Positions 41,340 to 55,100 of a DNA stretch of 64,000 nt are shown in pieces. Position numbers and translations under genes: made by a program. Source of the DNA: Haliotis cracherodii (taxonomy: Eukaryota); the NCBI RefSeq assembly GCF_022045235.1, contig NW_027266330.1:1302001-1366000 (forward strand), given 5' to 3'. Each line of letters starts with the position of its first letter. Positions within the stretch are counted from its first letter, which is position 1. Below the pieces are notes generated by a model. The model was given only the letters and a program-made list of their open reading frames with translations, was not told where the DNA came from and made no database searches.

Positions 41340-41509
41340 GTGAGTGAGTGAGTGAGTATGTTTTTACGCCGCTTTAAGCAATATTCCAGCAATATCACGG
41401 CGGGGGACACCAGAAATGAGCTTCACACATTGTACCCATGTCGGGAATCGAACCCGGGTCTTCGGCGTGACGAGCAAACGCTTTAACCTCTAGGCTACCC
41501 GACCGCCCC
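41340..41509 (-). mobile_element. tRNA-derived SINE family 1, full length
   Basis: A box TAGCCTAGAGG, B box GGTTCGATTCC, (ACTC)n tail, 13-bp TSD CTCAAAGATGTGA (41327-41339 / 41510-41522). Confidence 0.9.
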
Positions 41510-42209
41510 CTCAAAGATGTGACGATCTAGACCAAATAGTTGACAATTTAAACATATGTCTGATCTTCTATCAAGAGTAACTTAAACTCGTTAACCGGAA
41601 ATTAAGGGCATTGTGGGAAAGGATCTCAGAGGAAAGGACGTGTGGACAAAACAGAAACCAGCCACATGAAGCCATAGTGCAGCTAAACACAGTCTTACCA
41701 TTCACCTATTTCAAGTGAATCAGTTCTAAAAACACTTTAACATTAAACAAATATGCATCCTCGTACATGCAGTCTCGGTCAACATGGAACACGATACTAT
41801 CTTTTACATTTACTGAGGGAAATACTTTCCACAGAGGCTAGCCTAGATAGTTTCTCAGATAGGTTATTTCTTTACTAAATTAGAATGACAGACGGGCCTG
41901 ATCTAGTGAAGTTGAAATTGTACCCCCAAAAAATTCAAAACATCCTTTCCTAAGGGAAGCCGCGTTCATCCTTTAAAAGCATTTATAATATTAAATATTA
42001 CAATATTTACATGGATGTAATGTCACATGCTGGGTTTTTTCAATTTTCACAACTCAAGGAAAAAATGGCCAATACATTTAACGTGCTAAAAACTACATAT
42101 CACAAAGGTCTCGCCAATTCTAGAACTATTTAATATCATATGCATTGATGAAACGGAGGTTTCTGGAAATATTTTTGAATCAGAATGTCTTGTGTCTTCG
42201 TGAAATAGT

Positions 42210-42780
42210 TAGCTTCAACATCCAGAGACTCTTAAAGAAACATGCCTACATTGATGTAGTTTTCAAGAGAAGTCACACCATTCAGAACACAATTAAAGCC
42301 ACAGGGAAACACCATCTAGCCACGAGGTAGAGTGAGTGAGTAGTTGGGTCAAAGCCCTCACCACTAACCTCAAAGACTTCAAAAAGACTCCAACCATCAA
42401 AAGACTCCAACCGTCAATCAACCGTAACCAAGGATATTACATTCCACCGGCGTATCATCAACTCATCAAAGACCCCAATCAGTCATTATTCTTTTGTTCA
42501 TATTACAGGCTTCACTGGCCAATATGTTTTACCCTTTTGTGTACATAACAGGCTTCTCCACTCCAGTGTAACTACATCTGATATCTACTCTACTTTATAA
42601 ACACTTCCTCCTACCTGTATATATACTTGTCAGACATACTCTGTACATCACTTGCTTGGTAACGGTTTTAGAACCTACACCGGAAAGTTGCTCCTAATTG
42701 TAATTAAGAAGTTGTTCATCCATATATCTTATCCTTACTTACTCTATCCTTACTTACTTCTAAATGCCTCTCAAAGAAGG
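42210..42780 (+). mobile_element. Degenerate Penelope-like retroelement 3' remnant
   Basis: IKRLQPSINRNQGYYIPPAYHQLI resembles the C-terminus of PLE GIY-YIG endonucleases; tail AAGAAGTTGTTCATCCATATAT...ACTTCTAAATGCCTCTCAAAG matches the 2860-3279 element. Confidence 0.65.
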
Positions 42781-43262
42781 AACAGATTTATTTGCTTCGC
42801 CATAACGTCATGTACCACCTCATCAATGACACCACACACACTGCCCACGTCTTCTGACAAGTTGTCAAGGTCGTGTCGGCTACCAAGGCTCCCCGCATGT
42901 GTGTACCATACAGTGACACTCGCCTCTCACCATGGTCATCCAATGTTGCTCTTCTGCCGAAGTTTCGTAAAATCCTAACCTGGCCTTCGCGCGTTCACAA
43001 AGAAAACAGAACCGATGCCATGAATGTGCATGCCAGATACATGTTGAATCACCATGACCAGTTAAACAGGCTTGTTATGCAACGCGTAGAAAATAATGTC
43101 CCCGTTGTCTTGCTTGTCTGATAATTTAGACGTGTTACGTAGTTTACCAATAAGACGAACACAAACTCAAATAACCACTAGACTTCCCCAGATGTGTACA
43201 CACAGCCGGAATGGCATCAGCATTTAACCCGGCCAATGCCTTCACATAGTGGATGTTATGAC

Positions 43263-43419
43263 TGAGTGAGTATGGTTTTACGCCGCTTTTAGCAATATTC
43301 CAGCAATATCACGGCGGGGGACACCAGTAATAGGCGACACATTCTACTCATGTCGGGAATCAAACCGGTCTTCTTCGTGACGAGGGAACGCTTTAACCAC
43401 CAGGCTGCTCCACCGCCCC
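43263..43419 (-). mobile_element. SINE family 1 copy
   Basis: Similarity to 41340-41509. Confidence 0.85.
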
Positions 43420-43486
43420 GGCTGTTACGTAAGTCATGTGCAGCCTGTTACTTGCCGTGAGATGCCACATGATTGCATCTTGTGGT

Positions 43487-43730
43487 TTGTTTTGTTTGTT
43501 TGGCGCTTAACGCCGCACTCAGCAATAAATCCAGGTATATGACGTCGGTCTGTAAATAAACCAGTCTGGGCAAGACAGTCCAGTGATTGACATCATGAGC
43601 ATCGATCTATGCAACTGGGATACGATGACAGGCGTCAACCAAATCAGCGAGCCTGACCACCCTCTCCAGTTCATCGCCTCTGTCGACCAGCATGGCCACC
43701 TCTTGACGGCAAGCATGGGTTGCTGAAGAC
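43487..43730 (-). mobile_element. SINE-like family 2 copy
   Basis: Similarity to 49745-49995. Confidence 0.7.
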
Positions 43731-43892
43731 ATGGTCATGTGTGGTCATGTATAGTGACTTGACTGACGGCGTGTCAATGTACACCAATGTACACAATGTT
43801 GCTCATGATATCAACCACTGTCGTCACGAGACACATTACCTGTTTGCAATCGATTGTAAGGAAAGAGAGTGAAGCAAAAGTAGAAAATAAAC

Positions 43893-43898
43893 TTTATT
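43893..43898 (-). promoter_or_regulatory. Polyadenylation signal AATAAA of VWDE-like gene
   Basis: TTTATT on +, about 320 nt past the stop, followed on - by a T-rich tract. Confidence 0.6.
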
Positions 43899-44216
43899 TA
43901 ACTCAGATATCAAAAGTACAAATATAAAAACAGTTTATGTACAAGTACTTTTACATACATAAGTAGGATACTGACACGGCATGGAACCTGTGTCTAGGCA
44001 ACAGCCCTAACAACCAGGAGTATTGGTTGTCAGGGTGATGGTGGTCAGTGTGAGGGAGTACGATATGTGTGACCTGTACACAGATCGGTCTATACAGAGG
44101 GCATGCACTTGAGGTAATCCTCGCATCGGTAACTGTGGGGGATAATCTTGAATGTTGACCAGTTGTCAACCTCCAGGAAATCCATGAGCAATGAACAGAG
44201 AGAGCTAGTCTTGGTG

Positions 44217-44431
44217 TCAGCCGTGGACCCGCAGTCCGCCAAACACATCCGGTTTCGATCCACAGACTTCCGGTCGTCCACACGGCGAGCATTGGTTCCG
44301 GTGTTCCAGCCCGCACAGGCAGCCTTCGTTCTGGCAACATGCGCAGTCGGTCCGCGAGGGGTCGAAGGCGCACTGACACCCGGTGAGTGACAGGGTCCAC
44401 CCGTCCACCCCGTTCTCAGGGGACGTCTGAC
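44217..44431 (-). CDS. VWDE: VWDE-like terminal exon, Cys-rich repeat 2 (RQTSPENGVDGWTLSLTGCQCAFD...LRVHG*)
   Basis: gttgcag acceptor, phase 1, TGA stop at 44217-44219. Confidence 0.88.
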
Positions 44432-47400
44432 CTGCAACACAATCAATACAGTATTATATGACGTACTACACAAACAATACAGTATTATATGAGTTACTAC
44501 ACAAACAATACAGTATTATATGACGTACGGCACAAACAATACAGTATTGCGTGACGTACTACACAAACAATACAGTATTATATTACGTACTACACAAACA
44601 ATGCAGTTCTATATGAGGAACTGTGCAGAGTTGCGTCCCTTGGGCACGCCAGAAACCTATGATTGTGGGTTCGAATCCCGGTTCGCCCCGATTATGTTTC
44701 TAGGTTTGTCAGCACCATAGCCGTGCTCGTGGGTTTCACCGAAGTGGTAAACGTCTGAGACCTGCATCACTTCGGGCTTTCCTCCCACATTAAGCTGACA
44801 CGTTCGCGATATAACTGGAATACTGTTAAAAGCGGCGTTAAACCCAACTCACTCACTCACTCACTATATGAGGTACTACACAAACAATAACGTTTTACAC
44901 GGCGTACTACACAATCAATGCAGTTCTATGTGAGGTACTACACAAACAATAAAGCATTATATGACGTACTACACAAACAATACAGTATTATATGAAGTAC
45001 TACTCAAACAATACAGTATGACATGACGTACTACACAAATAAGAGTGTGACGTACTACACACACACACGCACACATTGCATCACATTTTCATGGCTGTAA
45101 AACAAACATTCTCTCACTTCAGATCACATGACTCCTTGTATGTTTCAGTATACAGACTTGATCGTAATGGTATTCGCACTAGCTTGACATGTCGAAGGCC
45201 TGACTTTGATTCCCGCAAGGGAACAATGTGACAATAGTGTATGATGCCCATTTCTGGTATCCCTCGGCATGCTGTTGCTCTAATATCGCTACACACGTAC
45301 ACACGTACACACCTACACACGTACACACGTACACACTTACACACATACACACCTACACACCTTCACACCTACACACCTTCACACCTACACACCTACACAC
45401 CTTCACACCTACACACTTACACACTTTCACACTTGTGACACTATTGGTCGTTAGACTAGGGACAGTGAGTGTGAGAGGTAATGTAACGACTATGTCCCAA
45501 GCCGCCATCTGTGTTCAGGGACAACTCACGTGTGCCGCACAGACGGGCTTCCTGACTGCACAGGGCGCACTGGTTGGGGTTCGGATCCGGGCACTGACAG
45601 GCACCAGCCTCACAACACGCGCAGTCGGTCCTGTTCTTGTCGAAAAAGCATGGACAGCCAGTCTGGTTGCTGGAAACGAAATAGAGAAATAAAGCACGCG
45701 TCAGACACCTAGCCATTTGCTTCAAATTGTATCCTGTATTTATTTCTGAAGTAAAATATTTGGCTTGTTTACAAGCTGTCACACTCCAGAAATGACAGAA
45801 ATCAGAAACAATTGTTACTATCCATGTCAGTGGTCGTGGCGACCGCTTCTGATGCTTCATACGATGAGTCAGGGACGTTTAACTTTTGTCCAAGAGTATA
45901 TGGTGAAAGTCGAAGTTTAAATCCCTGCTTTGAATAGCATGTCGTCAGAGGAACTCCGTGATAGCATGTGTAGCATAATATGTTCATACATATCTGTAGA
46001 GGGTTGTGATATTTTCTGTATGAATATATTATGCTATCGAGTTCCTTTATATATCCCGACTTTTCGGTTTCATGTGGGACGAGTGCCCAACGTGGTGCAG
46101 GTCTTGTACTACAGTTAGACGTCACCATTTGGGTGAAGCCGAACGTCAGGGGGATGGCGCTTACAACCGAGATGTGTGAACATGGACACAGCAAGACCTC
46201 AACATACAACCAGCCACCACCTTTCCCCCACTTCCCGGGAAGACTACATGGTCGGGGAACTAACATCTCAATGGGAGGATGCACTGGCCACACTCACCTG
46301 GTCCAGATGTCCCATCTGTCGAATCTGTTGTTGGTTGGAAGGCATGGCGCTGGGAAGGCCGCGAGTCTTGACACTGGAGACACGTGACAACAGAACATTC
46401 AGATGGTGTACACCTTTATATACATTTGTGAAGGTTTATATATCCAGTTCGTCTAGTGATTGTGGTGTCACCAACATTGGCAAAGTATCAATTAAGTTAG
46501 ATGATAAATTGCATTTTAGACGTAGATGAGCAGAAGGTGTAACGAGAATCTGTGAAAACTGCCAATTTCGGGCGATTGAGGATTAATTTCATGTTTCATT
46601 AATATGTAATAAGTATGAGAAAGGAATAATCCCACATATATGCACAAAAACAAGATGTTAATGATCAGTCTTATAAAATCGAACAACTATGCTGTCATAC
46701 GTCCACTGGCCATATTGTTGAAATATATATTCTCTGTCACTTTTTTGTATATCACATATCACGTAAGTAAACAAATGACAATGAAATGCCATCTGTACAT
46801 AGAGCCATGTGGCTTTACATATCTGTCTGTCTGTCCGTCCGATTATGAAGATGTGGTAATCAACACACATCTGTCGTCAAACTAGACACAGCAAGACCTC
46901 CACGTAATTGGGATACGATGACATGCATCAACCAAGTCAGCGAGCCTGACCACCCGATCCCATTAGTCGCCTCTTATGACAAACATCGTCCGGATCTTCA
47001 AGGGTCGTTTGTTATGTGTAGGAAAGACCCGCTTCAGGTAGCAGTTGGGTAAGTGAGAGTTTAACGTGGCTGTGAAGTTATATCAGCGTGTCAGCTTGTG
47101 ATGCATGTCTTAGGTGTTAACTACGAGCACGGTGAGGTGCTGACACACCTGGAATAATCAGCAGAATTCTTGGACTCGAACTCCGAACAGACACAACGCT
47201 GTCTGCCACGGTTAAATGACGTAATTCTGTGAACATCTCGGTGTTTTATCCGGCTGGACCTAGGTGCCGTTGAACAAAACAATCTTAGCGCTGTGACTGT
47301 CGTTAGTCTATGTACAGGTATGGGAGTTACCATCACCTCAGCGCTAAGATCGCTCTGTACAACGGCACCTGCCCGCCAGTGAAGACATATCAGTAAGACA

Positions 47401-47875
47401 AGAGAGTAAGCGTGACATATCCCTGCACGAACTGCACGAGCTGCACGCGCTGGTTCCCCACTCACGTGACGAGGTCCATCTCTCCTGGTCTCTATCCGGG
47501 TCACACAGCTCCGAGGGGTTCCTCGGGTTCTCCTCACGTGCACGTCTGCACGTGCCTTCTATGAGACATGTATCGTTCTGAAATAAATAGCATGTCCACA
47601 TGAAGCACGTGTTGTTCCGACTGTTATTAACATGCGTCTTATTCATACACTGTCATATTCATTTTATACAGAGTTATACGTGGATTTGAACATAAATTGG
47701 CGGGCAAAAGGAAATATTGCCCACGTGCGATGGTGGCTGAATATGAAACAAAGTAGCAATTCGATGATGATGTATTTGAAAGGGTATTCAGCCAAGGAAC
47801 GTATGGCTAACATTTGTAATGCTTTGGTTAAATCCTATTTTCAAGTGTATACTGTAATTGTTTATATGCCTGTTC

Positions 47876-47947
<72 letters not shown>

Positions 47948-50900
47948 TTCCACACTGCACACTGACCCACTCTGTTACAGGCAAGACACACCTACCCTGA
48001 TGCCACACTGGCCCATCCTGTTACAGGCGAGACACACCTACCCTGATGCCACACTGGCCCATCCTGTTACAGGCGAGACATACCTACCCTGATGCCACAC
48101 TGACCCATCCTGTTACAGGCAAGACACACCTACCCTGATGCCACACTGGCCCATCCTGTTACAGGCAAGACACACCTACCCTGATGCCACACTGACCCAT
48201 CCTGTTACAGGCAAGACACACCTACCCTGATGTCACACTGGCCCATCCTGTTACAGGCGAGACACCTACCCTGATGCCACACTGACCCATCCTGTTACAG
48301 GCAAGACACACCTACCCTGATGCCACACTGGCCCATCCTGTTACAGGCGAGACACCTACCCTGATGCCATACTGACCCATCCTGTTACAGGCAAGACACA
48401 CCTACCCTGATGCCACACTGGCCCATCCTGTTACAGGTGAGACACCTACCCTGATGCCACACTGACCCATCCTGTCAGGCGAGACACACCTACCCTGATG
48501 CCACACTGGCCCATCCTGTTACAGGCGAGACACCTACCCTGATGCCACACTGGCCCATCCTGTTACAGGTGACACACCTACCCTGATGCCACACTGACCC
48601 ATCCTGTTACAGGCAAGACACACCTACCCTGATGCCACACTGGCCCATCCTGTTACAGGCGAGACACCTACCCTGATGCCACACTGACCCATCCTGTTAC
48701 AGGCAAGACACACCTACCCTGATGCCACACTGGCCCATCCTGTTACAGGTGAGACACCTACCCTGATGCCACACTGACCCATCCTGTCAGGCGAGACACA
48801 CCTACCCTGATGCCACACTGGCCCATCCTGTTACAGGCGAGACACCTACCCTGATGCCACACTGACCCATCCTGTTACAGGCAAGACACACCTACCCTGA
48901 TGCCACATTGGCCCATCCTGTTACAGGTGAGACACCTACCCTGATGCCACACTGACCCATCCTGTCACAGGCGAGACACACCTACCCTGATGCCACACTG
49001 ACCCATCCTGTTACAGGCAAGACACACCTACCCTGATGCCACACTGGCCCATCCTGTTACAGGCGAAACACCTACCCTGATGCCATACTGACCCATCCTG
49101 TTACAGGCAAGACACACCTACCCTGATGCCACACTGGTCCATCCTGTTACAGGTGAGACACCTACCCTGATGCCACACTGACCCATCCTGTCAGGCGAGA
49201 CACACCTACCCTGATGCCACACTGGCCCATCCTGTTACAGGCGAAACACCTACCCTGATGCCATACTGACCCATCCTGTTACAGGCAAGACACACCTACC
49301 CTGATGCCACACTGGTCCATCCTGTTACAGGTGAGACACCTACCCTGATGCCACACTGACCCATCCTGTCAGGCGAGACACACCTACCCTGATGCCACAC
49401 TGGCCCATCCTGTTACAGGTGAGACACCTACCCTGATGCCACACTGACCCATCCTGTTACAGGCAAGACACACCTACCCTGATGCCACACTGGCCCATCC
49501 TGTTACAGGTGAGACACCTACCCTGATGCCACACTGACCCATCCTGTCAGGCGAGACACACCTACCCTGATGCCACACTGGCCCATCCTGTTACAGGCGA
49601 GACAGCGGGAGTCGTACACCACGTACAGCACCTCGTTACTGAACAGCGCCCCGTTTGTTGTGAGTGAGATGAGGAACCCATGCAGCGCCCGGTCTGAAGG
49701 ATAAACACAACACTTGATGGGTGGAGATTCACCCCGAGGTCGTTTTGTTTGTTTGTTTGTTGTTTAACGCCGCACTCAGCAATATTCCTGCTATATGACG
49801 ACGGTCTGTAAATAATCGAGTCTGAACGAGACAAAAAAGTGATTAATATCATGAGCATCGCTCCACGCAATTGGGATCGATGACATGCATCAACCAAGTC
49901 AGCGAGCCTGACCACCCGATCCTGTTAGTCGCCTCTTTCGACAAGCATAGTCGCCTTTTACGGCAAAGCAAGTCGCCTTTCAGGGCAAGCATCGTCGCCT
50001 CACCCTCAGGACACGCGCACAGAGATATACGAACACAGAGCGCTGTTTTCTCAACCATCTTTATGTTTCATTGATACAAGCAACCAGGGCCCCGTTCCAC
50101 GAAACGATCTTAGCGCTAAGATGATCGTAACTCCCATATTTGGCTTGGTTTACGACAATCATAGCCCTAAGATCGCTTTGTGGAACGGGCCCCAGAACGA
50201 CAAACATGTTGCAGTTATGTCATTCTTAAAGACATCATTGAACACACGTCGGACCACGGCGACATACGATAACATTGTGTACACATTTTCGGTGTACCGG
50301 GTACACAAAAGTAGTCTTCATCATGTGACATGTGTTTGTTGTTTAACGCCACACTCAACAATATTCCAGCTTTATGACGGTGGTCTGTAAATAATACAGT
50401 GATACGGTGATAAACCAGTGATAGACCATTGGGATACGATGACATGCATCAACCGATCCCGTCAGTTGCCTTTTACGACACGCTGAAGACAAATTGCAAC
50501 CCGGATGTTCACCATGCAACATCCGGGCATGTTAAGCTGCGTGATGTCACTGTCTACCTTCAGGTACTCTGGCATCAGGGAGGTGACAGCCGACTTCTCG
50601 GGAACTCTCGAAATCCGCGGGGACGATCGAGAAGTTGTTTCCGGGCGTCAGGTTGCCGTTATCTATCTGTAGAAACACAGAATGGGAATATCAGTTCCTG
50701 TGTATTAAAGAAGGGAGATTTTGATGCGAATTACATGAACCAGAACATTCAGACATTGTCTCAGATAAACCTCATGACAGTTCACAGCGTTACATTCTGA
50801 TTGATCTGTCAGCGGTATCGAACCCAGTGTTCGACCACAGTGTTATTGATCACTGCATCACCGAGAGAGAAATAAAAAGCATTTTAACAAAACCCTGTTG

Positions 50901-52123
50901 AGGACCCAAGAATAACAGAAGGAAAAGTGGCTGTGCATATTAGAAACCTCGCCGAACAACGACTGTATGAATGTCATACGAAATTCATAAGCATCAACAT
51001 TAACTCGTTCCACTGTACGTTCGCGCAGTAAACTGTGAGATTTCAGACAACATGCAGCCCACTTGACCATATCCGGTTACAGGTTTTCGTCCGATACCGA
51101 GGACCAATGAATGACATTGTTAGTGTTGTCCAATCGCAGCCTTCGGTTAATCTGCTGCCGCCTGTCTGTTCAGACGAGAAGACAGGAACCCAGTCAAAAA
51201 TCAACACAGCTTCAGATTTGACCGATTCTTGATTCTGCTTGTGCCTTATCACTTCCGCTATAACTAAGGAGTAATGGTGGACAGTATATGATATGGTAAA
51301 CTCGTACTCACTCTGACATCCCGCACTCTACATGCGATGTTTGGAGTTTCATGGAAGTTGTCGACGATGAGGAAGGCGATGCGACAGGGACGTCTCCGAG
51401 AGTTGCACAGGCCGTTCCTGGGGAGAAACATATTGATCTAAGTATGTACGATGTGATAACAGCGTATGTCAGGACACACCACATGGAGGCCGAAGGACAA
51501 CATAGATACACGTCTACATACAGGCGGGAGGTACAGGCGTGGGGAATACACAATCATCGTTAACACTGACCTCAGCCACGGTGTCCACCTCAAACACTGA
51601 CCTCATAATCCGGATGATCTGTGGAGGTCTCGCCACTTGGACGGAGCAGTCTGGCGCAGTGTAACCCTCGTCACAGAGACACGTGCCGGCGCTGCACACA
51701 CCCCTCAAGCTGCACTGGTTGGGACAGATGTTCTTGGTAACTTCTGGTGGTGGGAGTCGTCTCCCTTGGCCGTCGGTGCCGAAGTTGCTGATGTTTCTCA
51801 ATATGGCTTCCTGGCAGCCCGCCTCCAGGGCGGATACCGACGCCTGCAGGAAGACGGTCGTCTGTGCTGCCTGGGAGAATACACGTACTTGCAGGTGAAT
51901 AATTCCTTAGGGTTAGCTTTTTTGTTAAAATGTACCCCATCCATATGTATATACAGTATACTGTTCCCATATAGTCTCTTAAGGGTGACTTGTTATGTTT
52001 ACACCATAGTATTGACATAATACTGACATAGTATTGACTCAGGTGAGCTACAACATTGAAATAAGCTAAGATATGGTTACAAATATGCACAGATTTCACT
52101 CTCATCGATTTTCTGAGCTTTCG

Positions 52124-52179
<56 letters not shown>

Positions 52180-55100
52180 AATACAATATAAGATAAACAC
52201 ATGAAACAAAGAAACGATAAACTTACAACCATGTCTTCAACACAGGAAGACACAAAACCGGAGGTGTCGAAGCCGACGATGGTGGCGCACCTGACGCCGA
52301 GGGTGAAGTTTGCGATGGCGGTGAGGCACAGCTGGTTGGCGCGGGCCTGGGTGATCTGAGGCTGCACGGGGAGGTTGGGGTTGAAGCGGGGAAAGGGGTT
52401 AACCTCAGCCCCTGGAGTGAGGATCGTGACGTTGATACCCACGCTCGCCGTGAAGTTAACTGAAGGGGAAATGTGTTTGTGTTTCTTTACCGCCGCATTC
52501 CGACAAGTTCTATGTGACGGCGATCTGTAAACACACGAGTCTGGACCAGGCAAGCCAGTGATTGACATCATGATCGTCGCTCTACGCAACTGGGATACGA
52601 TGAAATGCAAATCAACCAATTCAGCGAGTCTGGCCACTTGATCCCGTTTGTCGTCTCTTACGACAGACATGAGTTGGCGGAGACCAATTCTTAGACGCGC
52701 TAGTGTGTAATTTTGTCTTGATGGTTTTCCAGCAGAGGCTGAATCCCCATTTATAAGCGCTATGAGAATATTTACACATTCGTTGATCCGTTTATCGAAC
52801 AATGCTTAGTTTCTGTTACACAACGTGGGCGGATGTGCGACCGGCAGGTGACACTAGGGGGTAAACCTAACCGGTCGTGACTTTACCCTGTGTGCCACCC
52901 TACGTCACTTCTCTTGGGTTGAGTGCTGGGACAGTTACTGACTGTCGGGTCATATCAAGATAGTACATTGACTTGTACATTGACTTGAACATTGACTTGT
53001 ACAGTGACTTGTACATTGACTTGAACATTGACTTGCCTGGTAAAGGTAAAAAATATATAGTACAATCTGTCTTCATTGATGCCATAACTTGTCCAATGTT
53101 ACTTACTGATAGTGGGTATAAAATATCATCACGAACTGTACGCAGCGATGCGAGTCAAAGTCGGGTTTGCGACAACTTCACTTGTGTCTTAATAAAAACA
53201 CACCCCACAGCTAATCGACCGACGTGTAACTTTTGACGACAGGTCTTCCCGAGAACAGAACGCGGTATCTCATTGGACAACTGAATGGTGTGTTGTCCTA
53301 TGTGTAGGCGACAGCCTGACATGATCGTACAGTAGTTCTAGAAGCTACTCACAGTTAATCATCGTCCTGAAGTTGGGCCTGTCGGGGACGGCAGTGGGGC
53401 CGGTGACGCGGACTGCAGGCTCGTCGTTGTCGTCGTCTATCACCGATGCATTTTGAGTCCGCGTTATAACTCGATCCGTGACATCGTGACACGACCGGCA
53501 GAGCTGAAACAAGTGGGCGTTACTGAGATGCTGGTGAGGATGAAAGTGTGGCTAGTTCGCAGTCTCCAATATACCAATATGTGTCAGGGGAGAATAAAAT
53601 CATGTCTGAATCAGACAACCAGTGATTGATAGTATGAGCATCGTCCCCGCGCCGTCGGAAAGGACAGGGACACAAATTCTCCAAGCCTGACAACCCGATC
53701 TATTTAGTCTTCTCTTACAACTATAGCCAGTCTGACTCGGAACTGGACGCAGCAAAGATCATATTTGAGGATCACCTGTTTGAGGATGACGACTGTGAGG
53801 ATGACGTGTATGAGGATGACGTATGTGACGTGTGTGACGGTGAGGTGTATGAGGGTGACGTGTGTGTTGTGTGAGGATGACGACTGTGGGAATGACGTGT
53901 GTGAGGCTGAAGTGTGTGAGAATGACGCGTATGAGGATGACGTATGTGACGTGTGTGACGGTGAGGTGTATGAGGGTGACGTGTGTGTTGTGTGAGGATG
54001 ACGTATGTGACGAGTGTGACGGTGAGGTGTATGAGGGTGACGTGTGTGTTGTGTGAGGATGACGACTGTGGGGATGACGTGTGTGAGGCTGAAGTGTGTG
54101 AGGATGAGGTGTGTGACGTGCGTGAGGATAAGGTGTGACGTGTGTGCTGATGACGTGTGTGAGGATAAGGTGTGACGTGTGTGCCGATGACGTGTGTGAG
54201 GACATATGAGAAGAACGGGCATAGTGTTGGAATACACAAACGTACATGAGATTACATGATGGAAGCCTGTGTGACGATCAGCCGTGATCAGAGTATGGTG
54301 GTCGTATGACACAAGGACGACAAGGACGTGTGACACAAGGATGACAAGGACGTATGACTCACATTTCTGACCGGGTCTTGTATCACTCTGTTGTTTCCAC
54401 AGTCAGCCGTCCTAGTGATGTTGTTGCACAGACACTGGGTGTTGATGTTGACGTTGTCGTATCTGATGACGCGTCTGGTGGGTTGGGAGCGAGTAGCACC
54501 GTTTAGCAAACTCTGGTCTACTCGGAGTCTGCGTGGAACAGAAGATAGCTTTATGTAGCAGGTGCCGGAAGGACCTGTATGGTAGATCCTTCACATACTG
54601 CACCCGGGACAAGATTTAGACTGGCTGAGTTTAGTGCAAATAGTTGAACAACACATTATCCTAAGGAATTTGATGAATTTATAAATCACGTGAATCAATA
54701 CTATAAAACTGTCACAAATATTTTTTATGAAATAGGTACATGTCACACAGTCTCAATCGAGAATGAAATCTACTGAATTGGAGGGTTGCCGTTTCGCCAC
54801 ATACGGCGGGGGACACCGGAAATGGAAATTGGAATTGAACCCGGGCTTTCGTACCCGCGAGACTACATCTGCAGAATGCTACACCTATCTTCACATGGGC
54901 AACACTGGCGACTGGTGCCCCCTTACCTCCAGGATCGGAAGAACAGAGTCGGGACGTTATTGTTGAGCTCGAACGTTTGTCCATCCGGGCCTCGCAGCTC
55001 GTTGTCAGGGTTACCGTCGAACGTGCCACATATGCCCTGCACGTGTCCGAAGTCCTCCGCCGGCACCTGCACCTCCACGTTGATATACGTGGCGAAGTCC

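Noticed and set aside
41430-41509. Possible tRNA-Asp gene
   Set aside because: The tRNA-like head is fused to a SINE body and tail with a TSD and has several diverged copies; it is a SINE.
44090-44473. Alternative frame for the terminal exon (127 aa ORF)
   Set aside because: Phase 1 from the previous exon selects the Cys-rich frame ending at 44217, which also matches the preceding repeat.
51571-51601. Longer version of the EGF exon using the second GTCAGT donor
   Set aside because: Adds 31 nt and breaks phase with the next exon.
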